A model generated the notes under the pieces. It ran no database searches. It had not been told where the DNA came from and was given only the letters and a program-made list of their open reading frames with translations. The position numbers and the translations under genes were made by a program. Shown in pieces: positions 49,251 to 59,800 of a stretch of DNA of 64,000 nt (its first letter is position 1; each line of letters starts with the position of its first letter). This DNA is from a virus. Location: the IMG/VR virus record IMGVR_UViG_3300032236_000656, positions 1 to 64,000 of that record. One strand, written 5' to 3'.

Positions 49251-49718
49251 ATGAAAGCCAAAACAATTGTAGAAAATAAATTTTGGATTCTTGAAGAAGA
49301 AGACGGTAAGAAGATTGGAACTGTAAGTTTTAAAAATAATGCAGTCACTGCAATTATTAATGATAAGCAGCAATCTTTTAAAAATTTAGAAGAACTTACT
49401 GCTAGATATAATATATCCTTTAATAAGAAGACTAAGCAGGCTAAGTCAACTCCTGAGATGGAAGTATACGATTTCCCAACTGCTCATACTCCATACAATG
49501 CATTATGGCATGTTGAACGCAAGTTGCCAATCTATACCAAAACTAACAAAAGCAACAGTTATCATTGTGCTGGATACTATATCATTAAGTTTGAACATGG
49601 GTGGGTTAAGAGTTTTAGTCCAAAGTTGATTACATTGCAGCGATACGAATATCGCGGACCTTACAAGACTAAGTTTGAAATGATGGAACAATTAAGGTTG
49701 CACAATGACACAGTTTAA
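49251..49718 (+). CDS. Conserved hypothetical phage protein
   Basis: ORF. Confidence 0.7.
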   Translation: MKAKTIVENKFWILEEEDGKKIGTVSFKNNAVTAIINDKQQSFKNLEELTARYNISFNKKTKQAKSTPEMEVYDFPTAHTPYNALWHVERKLPIYTKTNKSNSYHCAGYYIIKFEHGWVKSFSPKLITLQRYEYRGPYKTKFEMMEQLRLHNDTV

Positions 49719-49923
49719 TGGATTTCATATTAAAAATTTCAATCAACGTGTTAAGTCCTTAATTGGTGACGGAAAAGTTGTTTTTACTCACAAAGAATGT
49801 AGAGATTTACAAGGTGAAATATTAGATTTATTAGTTCATTTACAGTCTCTTGAATCTGAAAATTCAAACTTAAAGTCACAAGCAAGCGAAATTGTAATTG
49901 AATTAGATGGGAAATCGTTTTAG
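49705..49923 (+). CDS. Hypothetical protein
   Basis: Coupled ORF. Confidence 0.6.
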   Translation: MTQFNGFHIKNFNQRVKSLIGDGKVVFTHKECRDLQGEILDLLVHLQSLESENSNLKSQASEIVIELDGKSF

Positions 49924-49978
49924 CAAAGCATCATTTTCTTATGATAAATAACTATAGTAAATCAAAGTAGCCGAGTAA

Positions 49979-50275
49979 ATGTCAAGACCTAAACCCAATG
50001 TTCTTCTGGAACAAGCAAATAAGTTAACTTATAAGTCAGATCAAATACTGGCAAGTGAAGGCATTTGGGCTGTGTACTACGATTCAAAACCTATCAACTT
50101 AAAGACACAAAATCTATTACAGCAATATCCAGGACCTAAGTACAAAAAAGTAAGTTTCAGTAATCCAGGTCATGCTATTAATTTGTGTAAAAAACTTAAT
50201 GCTAAGTTCAAAACAGGTAAGTTTTCTGTAGTCCTATTAAATCAAGGATCTCAGATATTTCCAACGAAACCATAA
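49979..50275 (+). CDS. Hypothetical protein (late promoter at 49945)
   Basis: ORF starting MSRPKP. Confidence 0.7.
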   Translation: MSRPKPNVLLEQANKLTYKSDQILASEGIWAVYYDSKPINLKTQNLLQQYPGPKYKKVSFSNPGHAINLCKKLNAKFKTGKFSVVLLNQGSQIFPTKP

Positions 50276-50295
50276 GAACCAAACTTAGTTGGACT

Positions 50296-50628
50296 ATGGA
50301 ACTGGCGCAGTATGCTAGGGATGTCATCCCTCATCTTAAACAACTAGACCGAGGTTATCCTTTATTTTGGTGTAACCCAGATAAAGTAAATGGTTTTAGA
50401 CTTACACAACGTGGGTTTGATATTATGGTTGAACGTGGTTATAAGCATTATAATTTCCGTGTTGACAGACTTACTTCTCCAGACATCATTCTAATGGATC
50501 AAAAAATTATGCATCCTTGGTTTTTATCTGGAATGGGTTCTCTTAATTTCTTTTATGAACCAATGGCAATTGCAATGGGATTATCAAATAATAATGTTGA
50601 CAGTGCTGTTAATTTAGTGTATTGTTAA
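50296..50628 (+). CDS. Hypothetical protein
   Basis: ORF. Confidence 0.6.
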   Translation: MELAQYARDVIPHLKQLDRGYPLFWCNPDKVNGFRLTQRGFDIMVERGYKHYNFRVDRLTSPDIILMDQKIMHPWFLSGMGSLNFFYEPMAIAMGLSNNNVDSAVNLVYC

Positions 50629-50713
50629 ATAGTTAGCGTAAAGAAAATAATGCTTAACGGGGTTGAACGCCATAAATAGTTTCGTGTGCGGTCATGGTTA
50701 ACTGCACAAATAA

Positions 50714-50788
50714 GCGGGTGTAGCTCAGCGGTAGAGCTTCTGCCTTCCAAGCAGAATGTCGAGAGTTCGATCCTCTTCGCCCGCTCCA
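50714..50788 (+). tRNA. tRNA-Gly (TCC)
   Basis: Acceptor stem GCGGGTG/CGCCCGC, D-arm GCTC-AGCGGTA-GAGC, anticodon arm TCTGC-CTTCCAA-GCAGA, GTTCGA T-loop, encoded CCA. Confidence 0.95.
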
Positions 50789-50819
50789 ATTTATTCGACC
50801 AACATAAGGAACAGTGAAA

Positions 50820-51083
50820 ATGTCAAGCAAAACTACTCCAAATTGGTCGCAACGTCTTGAAGAGCGTCGTCCAACTTCAGTTGTCTATACTAGGAAGAAT
50901 ACTTCATTGGAAGATTGGACACGTATGGTCATTGAAGAACTAGAAAAGCGATCTTTGGTTGATTTCAAACTGAATACACTGTCGACCAAACATGCATGGG
51001 AAGGGGATGCTACACCTTCAAGTTATGCTTACACCCTGTGGCAACGCGAAGTTCGTGCTGAAGACAAGCGCCGTAATCCGTAA
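50820..51083 (+). CDS. Hypothetical protein
   Basis: SD AAGGA; ORF. Confidence 0.6.
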   Translation: MSSKTTPNWSQRLEERRPTSVVYTRKNTSLEDWTRMVIEELEKRSLVDFKLNTLSTKHAWEGDATPSSYAYTLWQREVRAEDKRRNP

Positions 51084-51195
51084 CATATATGTAACAATTG
51101 TAATAGTATTTGTTACAGTTGGGCTGCTTTTTTGGGCAAGATTTGGACAAGAAATCTACTGGGATCTGCTAGTTCTTGCTCAAATGTGCTTCTAA
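50992..51195 (+). CDS. Small membrane protein (true start probably downstream)
   Basis: Hydrophobic segment IYVTIVIVFVTVGLLFW. Confidence 0.35.
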   Translation: MHGKGMLHLQVMLTPCGNAKFVLKTSAVIRNIYVTIVIVFVTVGLLFWARFGQEIYWDLLVLAQMCF

Positions 51196-51258
51196 TTCAA
51201 TGACTTAGCACAAAATCTTTTTGGTTGACGTATCCCCTATTGGTGCTATTATAAGTGT

Positions 51259-51585
51259 ATGATACAGAGAAAGAAGCGCACTGACCGTAACCACATTGTG
51301 TACCAAATTACCGTAAAAGGTAAGTTGTACATCGGTGTCACTGCTAAGACTCAAAGCACTGTGGACAAGAGCGTCCGTAGCCGTGTTGCCAAGCACTTCT
51401 ATCGTGCTCAAAAGGAAGGACTCAACTGGCTGCTTTGCAAAGCACTTCGCACCTTAGAGTGCAAAGAAGACATCGAATACGCTGTACTTGCTGTCATCCG
51501 CGGTAAGACGGCAGCACATGACTATGAACGCGAACTCATTCGTAAGATGAAGCCGGCGCTCAATTCTGACAAGCGAGGAGCATAA
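51259..51585 (+). CDS. Small GIY-YIG-like nuclease
   Basis: HIVYQIT..LYIGVT..R..KH..E..LI...PALN; promoter TTGACG-16-TATTAT at 51225-51252. Confidence 0.7.
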   Translation: MIQRKKRTDRNHIVYQITVKGKLYIGVTAKTQSTVDKSVRSRVAKHFYRAQKEGLNWLLCKALRTLECKEDIEYAVLAVIRGKTAAHDYERELIRKMKPALNSDKRGA

Positions 51586-51586
51586 T

Positions 51587-52279
51587 ATGGCTAAACGTAA
51601 ACGCATCACTGAAACCGTTGTTAATTACCTCATCGAGGATGTTTTTGCTGCGGCAGTTGCTGCCCAAAGAGCAAACGAATGTTATGTTAGTAATAGCACA
51701 GGTGCTAATACCCCTAATAAAATGCACAATCGTTCTATTATGAACATCATTCTTAATAAGAGCAATCTAGAGGATTTTGATACTTGCGAAGCAGACTATG
51801 TCCGCGCTCGTGAGATTATCGAATATTATAAGAGTAAGACATTGGAAATTATGAGTGGCAAAGCCAATGCTTATACTATGAGTGCTGCTAATGCTGCTTA
51901 TAAAGAATCAGTTGCATCTAATGATCAATTGACCATGGGTCTAATTGCTTCCCTGCCAAATGCGTGGGAGCGTTCTACTGCTTATGATAAGACATGGGAT
52001 CGAGTTGACGAACTTAAGCGTAAGTCAACTCATTTCGATTCGGTTGGAGATAAGTTTGAAGGAACAGTCGAAATTCTTTCTTGTATCTACAGCAAGAATT
52101 GGTTCAAGTACTATACAACAGCATTGACATCTGCAGGAAATGTAGTAAACTTTGCCGGTGATCACGAATTTAAGCAGGGGCAAATAGTTGAAATTACCAC
52201 TGCTAAAATTAAGCAACATGCTGCGGAAAATATCACCCGCTTGCATTATGTGAGAACAAAGGTTGACAAAGAAGCGTAA
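51587..52279 (+). CDS. Hypothetical protein with possible C-terminal OB fold
   Basis: ORF with SD GAGGAG. Confidence 0.65.
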   Translation: MAKRKRITETVVNYLIEDVFAAAVAAQRANECYVSNSTGANTPNKMHNRSIMNIILNKSNLEDFDTCEADYVRAREIIEYYKSKTLEIMSGKANAYTMSAANAAYKESVASNDQLTMGLIASLPNAWERSTAYDKTWDRVDELKRKSTHFDSVGDKFEGTVEILSCIYSKNWFKYYTTALTSAGNVVNFAGDHEFKQGQIVEITTAKIKQHAAENITRLHYVRTKVDKEA

Positions 52280-52324
52280 GAGTATATAGTAACAATATAG
52301 ACATTAACAACTTGGAGGTGCCAA

Positions 52325-53455
52325 ATGTCGAAGAATAAGATGAGTGATTCCCTTACTGAAACCCGCAGTGTTACACTTGATGCTGCAAAGCGTGAACTTA
52401 AAGTTGCAATGCGTCGTAAGCGTCCTGTGTTCCTTTGGGGACCTCCAGGTATTGGCAAGTCAGAACTAGTTGCTGATATTTGTCAGGAACTGAAAGGCAA
52501 GTTGTATGATCTGCGTCTTGCACTCATGGATCCATCAGATCTTAAGGGTGTGCTGTATTACAACACCGAGCAGCATACTGCTACTTGGAGTGCCCCGCCT
52601 GATCTGCCTACTATGGAGGAAGCCGCTAAGTATCCAGTTGTTGTCTTGTTCCTCGATGAGATGAATAGTGCTCCGCCCGCAACGCAGGCCGCTGCTTATC
52701 AGTTGATTCTCAATCGTCGTGTTGGTACTTATGTACTGCCTGATAATGTTGTAGTAGTTGCTGCTGGTAACCGTGATACTGATCGTGGTGTTACATATCG
52801 TATGCCAGCCCCGCTTGCTAACCGCTTTATCCATCTCACACTTCGTCCAGATTTTGAGACTTGGCAGACTTGGGCTATTGAGCATAAGATCCATCCCGAT
52901 GTTGTTGGTTACATTACTGCCAACAAGGTTGATCTGTTTAACTTCGATGCTAAGATGAGTGGTCAGAGTTTTGCTACTCCGCGTTCGTGGTCGTTTGTTA
53001 GCGAACTGCTTACTGAAGATAGCATCAATGAGATTGAACTTACTGATCTTGTCTCAGGTACTGTTGGTGAGGGTATTGCTCTTAAGTTTAACGCACACCG
53101 TAAGGTCAGTGCTAACATGCCTAACCCTACCCACATTCTTGAGGGCAAGGTTAAGGAACTTAAGAACAAGGACATTGCGGCTTGCTACTCGCTGACAGTT
53201 GCTCTGTGCTACGAACTTAAGGAATGCTGGGACAGGAATCATAATACCGATAAGGGCAATGATTTCTTCCACGCACAGTTTGATAATGTGCTCAGGTTCA
53301 TTATGGATAACCTCGGTGTTGAGTTGCAGGTTATGCTCGTACATGCTGCACTAACTACTTACAAGATGACCTTTAAGGCATCGAAGTTGAAGAACTTCCA
53401 GGAGTTCAATAAGGGTGCGGGCAAGCACGTTGTTGCTGCGGTGCAGGACCGCTAG
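52325..53455 (+). CDS. MoxR/dynein-related AAA+ ATPase
   Basis: LWGPPGIGKS, LFLDEMNSA, AAGNR, PLANRF, TPRSW; promoter TTGACA-16-TATAGT at 52263. Confidence 0.88.
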   Translation: MSKNKMSDSLTETRSVTLDAAKRELKVAMRRKRPVFLWGPPGIGKSELVADICQELKGKLYDLRLALMDPSDLKGVLYYNTEQHTATWSAPPDLPTMEEAAKYPVVVLFLDEMNSAPPATQAAAYQLILNRRVGTYVLPDNVVVVAAGNRDTDRGVTYRMPAPLANRFIHLTLRPDFETWQTWAIEHKIHPDVVGYITANKVDLFNFDAKMSGQSFATPRSWSFVSELLTEDSINEIELTDLVSGTVGEGIALKFNAHRKVSANMPNPTHILEGKVKELKNKDIAACYSLTVALCYELKECWDRNHNTDKGNDFFHAQFDNVLRFIMDNLGVELQVMLVHAALTTYKMTFKASKLKNFQEFNKGAGKHVVAAVQDR

Positions 53456-53502
53456 TAGAATTTACTGGGGGCGGCACCTCCAGTAACTGCCCTCAGTAAT
53501 GG

Positions 53503-53532
53503 AAAAGCCCTGCATAATAGCAGGGCTTTTTT
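53503..53532. terminator. Bidirectional rho-independent terminator
   Basis: aaaagccctgc-ataata-gcagggctttttt between convergent genes. Confidence 0.85.
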
Positions 53533-53554
53533 GTCTGTTTAGCAGTGCCTAAAA

Positions 53555-53812
53555 TTACTTAGTATCAATAACTGTAATATCAGCATCAATCACATCTGGA
53601 TTGGGATCTGCTATCTCGGTTAACCAAGGATTATCATTTCCTAAACTATGCTGTACTGCCATTACAATCATACCATTGTATGTGAATACATGGCCTAGAT
53701 CGCCTGTCATTCTAGCACATCTATCCAATGCTTCATTCATAGTTGGTAAGTTTACTTGATAAAAGTGAGTATGAGACGGAAACATATTGTCTAACTCGTC
53801 GAATAGTGCCAT
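53555..53812 (-). CDS. Small hypothetical protein (late promoter, SD AGGAG)
   Basis: MALFDELD...; TAAATA on the minus strand at 53829-53834. Confidence 0.65.
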   Translation of the reverse strand: MALFDELDNMFPSHTHFYQVNLPTMNEALDRCARMTGDLGHVFTYNGMIVMAVQHSLGNDNPWLTEIADPNPDVIDADITVIDTK

Positions 53813-53835
53813 TTTAATTCTCCTGTTGTATTTAT

Positions 53836-56800
53836 TTAATTCCAAAACTGAATTGGTGCAACAGTTTTGGCAGCAACATCAATCACGCCTTTGCCTAATG
53901 CCGCAGTTTGAAATTTAGTTACTATTCCTTGTGTAGCATCAAAGTATAACGGTTCGTTAGTAGACCCTATAAGAGAACTTCCATTTAGTAATGTAGCATA
54001 GTATAAGTTCTCTCTAGTATTAGTTGGCGGCATATTAGTTCTTATCAATGATTGAGGAATTACTTCTGGATCCCAAAGAGTTGCAGTCCAAATATTATTG
54101 ATGTTTAAGTTCGTAAGATAAGTTGAAGCCAGCGATACAATGAAACTGGTTGTAGTAGATACTATAGTTGAATTGATAGGTGCAAGTGCCTGATTGTTTG
54201 TGATACTGTCTGTCAGTAATAGATAATCATTGACCTTTGGCGGTACATTTCCAGCGACACTTGTGCTTGCTGTTGTTGTTACAGTACCAACATTCGTAAT
54301 AATATTATTTGGGGTATTATATGTTGTTGTCACTGAAGTTGTATTAGTAATAGGGAAGGTATTAATACTTTTATCAATGATTGTAGCATCTTGTAATGTT
54401 AATAATGATACATTAGATGCTGATGCGCCTTGGCTGGTTGTTGTTAAAGGACCACTCGGTGTAAAGTTTTGAGTATATAATGCTTGGCCCTTCACAATAC
54501 GGAAGTTTGAAATATAACCTGGAAAATTCCAAACAGGACTTGCAGAATCACCATTTGCACCAATGATAATGTTTTCAGTACTAGCAGGCGGTGTTCCATT
54601 TGCGGCAGGATTACTCTGTTGATAACCATTGATATAAAGATACCAAGTTGAGCCACTTCTGACCCAAGCAACATGGGTCCAAGTATTAAGAGAAGCAGCA
54701 CCAGCATAACTTCCTGATGCTAATATACTGTTACTTACTTGAATATACCCATCTGCCCCAACTGTTATTAACCAAGATCTACCATTAGCTAATCTATATT
54801 GTCCAGTTAATCCAAATGGAGCACCTGTAAAAGATGTTGGATACATCCAAAATTCAAGAGTAAAATCATTAGCATAACCAGCAACACCAGCAGCATTGGG
54901 TGCATAAAGATATTGACTAGAACCATTAAATGAACCGTAATATGTCGGTGATGATGGATTCATATATGTTATTAAATAATAAAAGGCATTATCAATAAAG
55001 GTTGAATTCTGTAAAGTTAGTAGGCTAGTTTCAGAACCAGTTAATGCTAAAACATTAGTTCTAGTATTCTGTGTGATACTTAATGGACCTTGAGGAGTAA
55101 AGTTACCAGTATATGCTGCTACACCTTTAACTATGCGAAGGTTTGAGACGTAACCATTAAGTTGGTAATTCACGTTAGCTGCGGTATCATAACCAATAGC
55201 AAGTGTAACAGCACTAGCAGTTGGTAGTGTAATGGCCGTTGGCCCTCCACTTAGAGTACCGTTAATATATATACTTGCAGTTCCAGCAGTACAAACTACA
55301 GCAACATGGTACCAAATATTTGTTGTAATAGCTGAGGTAGCACTAGTAACACCAGGCGGCGAACCGTTTGGAACATATGCACTAATTGTTCCACCTGGGT
55401 TAAGAGCAACATAAAATGAGTTAGCAGTACCATTAGTGCCAAATAGTAGAATACGACATTGATTTCCTGCTGTAACATTAGTTAAAGTGTAAAACCAAAA
55501 TTCTATAGTCCAAGTACCACTAGAAAGATCAAATGCCAAAGAAGATGGAATAGTTAATCTATTAGCATTAAAAACACCGTAATAAGTAGGACCCAGCGTC
55601 ATATAATTAACATTACTAACGGCATTATTAAATGATAATAAAGTATTGGTTCCGCTTGTAATTTGAGAAACTGGTGTTGGATAAAGTATAGCAGGTTTTG
55701 GACTTGCTTGTCCTACAATAATATCATATACAGTTTTATTAGTATTGTCATACCAATATGTTCCATCAATAATTGAAAGTTTATCAGCAGCAGGAGTATC
55801 AAATGTTTGATTTTTTGTTGCTGGTTCTTTAAATTTAGTAATCGAAGTGACTGCTCTATTATCATTTATAGTTACTGGAGATTCAAATGGAAATCTTCTG
55901 CCATATCTACCTCTTGCTAAAGTAGTATAATATAAATTCTCACGAGCATTTTGTGGACTTAAGTTTGTTAACACATTTGACTGTGCATACAAATCAGGTT
56001 CCCAAATTTGATATGTCCAACTATTCGCAGTATTTAAATTTGAAATATCAGATGATGCTAAGGTGATTGAAATTTGTGTAGAAGTTACTATTGTTTGATC
56101 AGTTGCTAATGTACTTGGGAAACTTCTGCCAGTTCCCCACATAATTCTAACTGCACCAACACCCGCTGTTCCTGGAGATCCAGCGCCGCCTTGGTTATCA
56201 GTTGATCCAGCGCCACCACCGTATGTCCCGCCACTACCGCCGCTGTGTGTTCCATTAGGTACAGTTACCGAAGCCGTGCCACCAGAGCCGCCAACACCGC
56301 CGCCGCCATTAGCTGGATAAGTTGTACCTGTTGCAACTGCACCTCCTGTACCATTTGTGATACTTGCTGGCGCGACTCCAACACCACCACCACCACCACC
56401 ACTGCCGTAAGGAGCAGCGCCTGCGGGATTAGTGCCACCGCCTGCGCCGCCACCGCCACCGCCTCCAGTACTTGCTGCGCCCGCTGTAACAGTACCCGTA
56501 GAGTATGCACCATTGCCGCCGTTGCCGCCTGCGCCATTGTAGCCGCCAGCGCCGCCGCCGCCGCCACTACCAATGCCACCCGATGCAGTACCACCAGTAC
56601 CACCGCTTCCGCCGCCAAATGTTCCATAGGCATTAGAGGCTGTGAACGTTCCTCCTGCCGCAGTACCTGTGTTAAGAATACCGCCACCACCACCACCACC
56701 AAATACAGTAGTATTGTTAATGAAATAACTGTCCCCGCCGGGAGAAGCATTTGCGGCGCCGTTTTGTACAGGTCCTCCACCACCAACAACAACTGTATAA

Positions 56801-59800
56801 GTGTTGCCAGGCACAACAGTAATATTATTAACCCACGCTAAACCACCGCCGCCGCCACCGCCAGTTACACTAGTACCACTACAAGAGCCGCCACCCCCAC
56901 CTACTGCAACAGCACTAACACTTGTAACACCCGCAGGTGCAGTAAAGGTATATGTATATTGATTATTGACTGGTGTTGGTGCTACTATAGATCCAAAAGA
57001 ACCCGATGCACCTGTAGGAGTATATAATTGTTGTCCTGTGGAAATGTAGTTTGTAGAAGTAGTTGATACAATAGATGCCAACGCTTGATTATTAGTTACC
57101 GTATCGGTTACTAGTACATAATCACCAACAATAGGAAATGTGCCCAATGTATTTGTTGTAATCGAACTAGATATTGTAGTATTTCCACTAACAGTTGTTT
57201 TATTAATGACTGAAGAAACACCCGATACTCTTGGACTAGAATTACCAACAGCAATTCTATTTGGATTATTAAAATAAGTCCAAGGTGTACTGATATTAGA
57301 AAGCCTGTAAGTATTAGGAATTTGAACAGGAGTTTTTACAACTTCTATTCTCTTTTGTAAATTGTTTATATCAAATTTATAGTCCTCGCCAGGGATACTT
57401 GTTGGCATTTCAAATGGGAACCTTCTACCATATCTACCTCTTGCTAAAGTAGCATAATATAAATTCTCACGAGCAGTTTTTGGACTTGTATTTGTTATTA
57501 AGTTTGATTGAGGGAGTAAGTCTGCTCCCCATAACTGATATGCCCAAGCGTTGTTAATATTTAAATTTGATACACTTGTTGTTGCAACTGTAATAGTTAT
57601 TAATGGAAAATCTGCAGAATCTGCTAACAAAGTAGAAGGATATGATCTACCTTGACCCCATACAATCCTAACTGCGCCGCCAACACCACTGCCAGTAGAG
57701 CCACCGGCTCCGCCGCCATATGAAGTTCCTGAACCACCCGATCCTGCAACACCAGCAACCCCTTGTGCTCCTCCAGTACCAGTTGTACCGATTCCAAGTA
57801 AGCCAACGCCGCCGCCTGCTCCCCCTTGCACACCGCCACCGCCACCTGCGCCTGAATTAGCATCTCCATTGTTACCACTTAACGCACCCGATGCACCATC
57901 TCCGCCGCCTTGGCCACCGTTTCCTGCATAGCCGCCAGCGCCACCACCGCCTCCAGCGCCATAAGTACCAGCGTAACCACCTCTGCCGCCATTACCGCCG
58001 CCATCACCAACATATGTGCCGCCGGAGTTACCACTATTAAGTGAAGAAGCAGTACCACCACCTCTACCTGCCACAGTAGTTGCATTAATAAAATAACTAG
58101 TTCCGGCACTGGCACTGCCAAATACACCTCCGCCGCCAGTTACTACACTATATGTTTGCCCAGGCACAACTGTAATGTTATTTTTCCAACCAAGGCCGCC
58201 GCCACCGCCAGCAGTACCTGATATACCTGCGCCGCCTGCGCCACCAATAGCAACAGCACTAACACTTGTAACACCTGTTGGTGCAGTCCAAGTAAAGGTA
58301 CCGGTACCAGTGTTTACTATGCTAGATCCAGTTGTTACGTTTGGATAAATTGCTACCGATTGTCCTGCGGGACTAACTGATGCACTTGAAATACTGACTA
58401 TCTGTGCCAATGCTTGATTGTTTGTTACTGTGTCTGTTATTAAAACATAATCATTCACAAAAGGTACAGTACCTAATGCAGCACCACTTAGTGTGGTTGT
58501 TACTGCACCTGTATTGGTTATAGTAAAACCACTTCCGCTATTGGCAGTACTATTATCAATTATAGTAGAATTTTGTAATGTTAATAAAACAGTTTCAGTG
58601 CCACCTAAAGCAGCAACATTTAGTCTAGCAGTCTGTTTAGTGCTCAATGGACCAAGTGGAGTAAAGTTACCTGTATAAACTGCTACGCCTTTAACTACAC
58701 GTAGATTAGAAATATATCCAGTTGTTAAAAAAGTTAACCCATTTATTCCATCAATTTGTAGAGCCTGCGAAGATACAGATATATTTTGTGCCAGTCCGCT
58801 AGAATAAACCTGACTTCCATTAGAATATAATCTTATTGTTCCGTTACTTCTTACAGCAGCAATATGATACCAAGTATTAGTGTTTCCTAACCCACCGTTA
58901 CTTTCAACAAACGTAGTTGTTGATCCATCTGATATGCCAAATCTTAGATTAGTTGCTGCTGTAGCACCTTGGGTAAATACCCATGCGCTAGTTGCTGCTG
59001 TTCCCGTCCATGGTCCAACAAATGCTGCTGATGTTGCGGCTGTTGTTATATAAACCCAACATTCTACAGTAAAATCACCAGTTCCAAATGCAAATCCTAT
59101 ATTAGCAGGAACTGTTAGATATTGACTACTACCATTAAATGTACCATAATAAGTTAGCCCATTTGTAATATAATTTATGTTTGAACTAGGATTAAAGATG
59201 TTTAATACAGTATTGGATCCACTTATTGTTTGATATGTTACTGCGGTATTATTAAAAAGTCTTGGACTATTAGTTCCAACAGCAACCAAATTTGTATTAG
59301 CAGGATATGTCCAATAACTTGAATTAAAATCCGACAGTCGATAATTAACATCGATGTTAACAGGCAACTTAACAATTTCAAATTGCTTCTGTAGATTACT
59401 CGATTTTACTGTTTCAAATATTTGTGTGTTAGTATAAGGAACTTTTAATTTTAGTATGTTATTAACATCTAATACAATATCATCTCTAGGTGTTGGATTT
59501 TTGACGATATGAAGTTGTTTTTGTAAATTGTTTACATCATATAGAATGTTATCTCGTGGAGTTGGGTTTTTAACAACATGAAGTTGTTTCTGTAAATTAG
59601 TTACGTTATATACAACATTATCACGAGGGGTTGGATTAATGCTGATCGTTTTGAATTTAGATGGATATGTTACATCGAATAAAATATTATCATTTGAATT
59701 TGGATTTTTAACAATAACAAGTTGTTTTTGTAAATTGTTTACGTCATATACAGTAGCATCTCTTGGAGTTGGGTTTTTAACAACATGAAGTTGTTTTTGG

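Noticed and set aside
56245-56841. 198-aa Cys/Ala/Thr-rich plus-strand ORF
   Set aside because: Antisense product of the GC-rich poly-Gly codons of the giant minus-strand gene.
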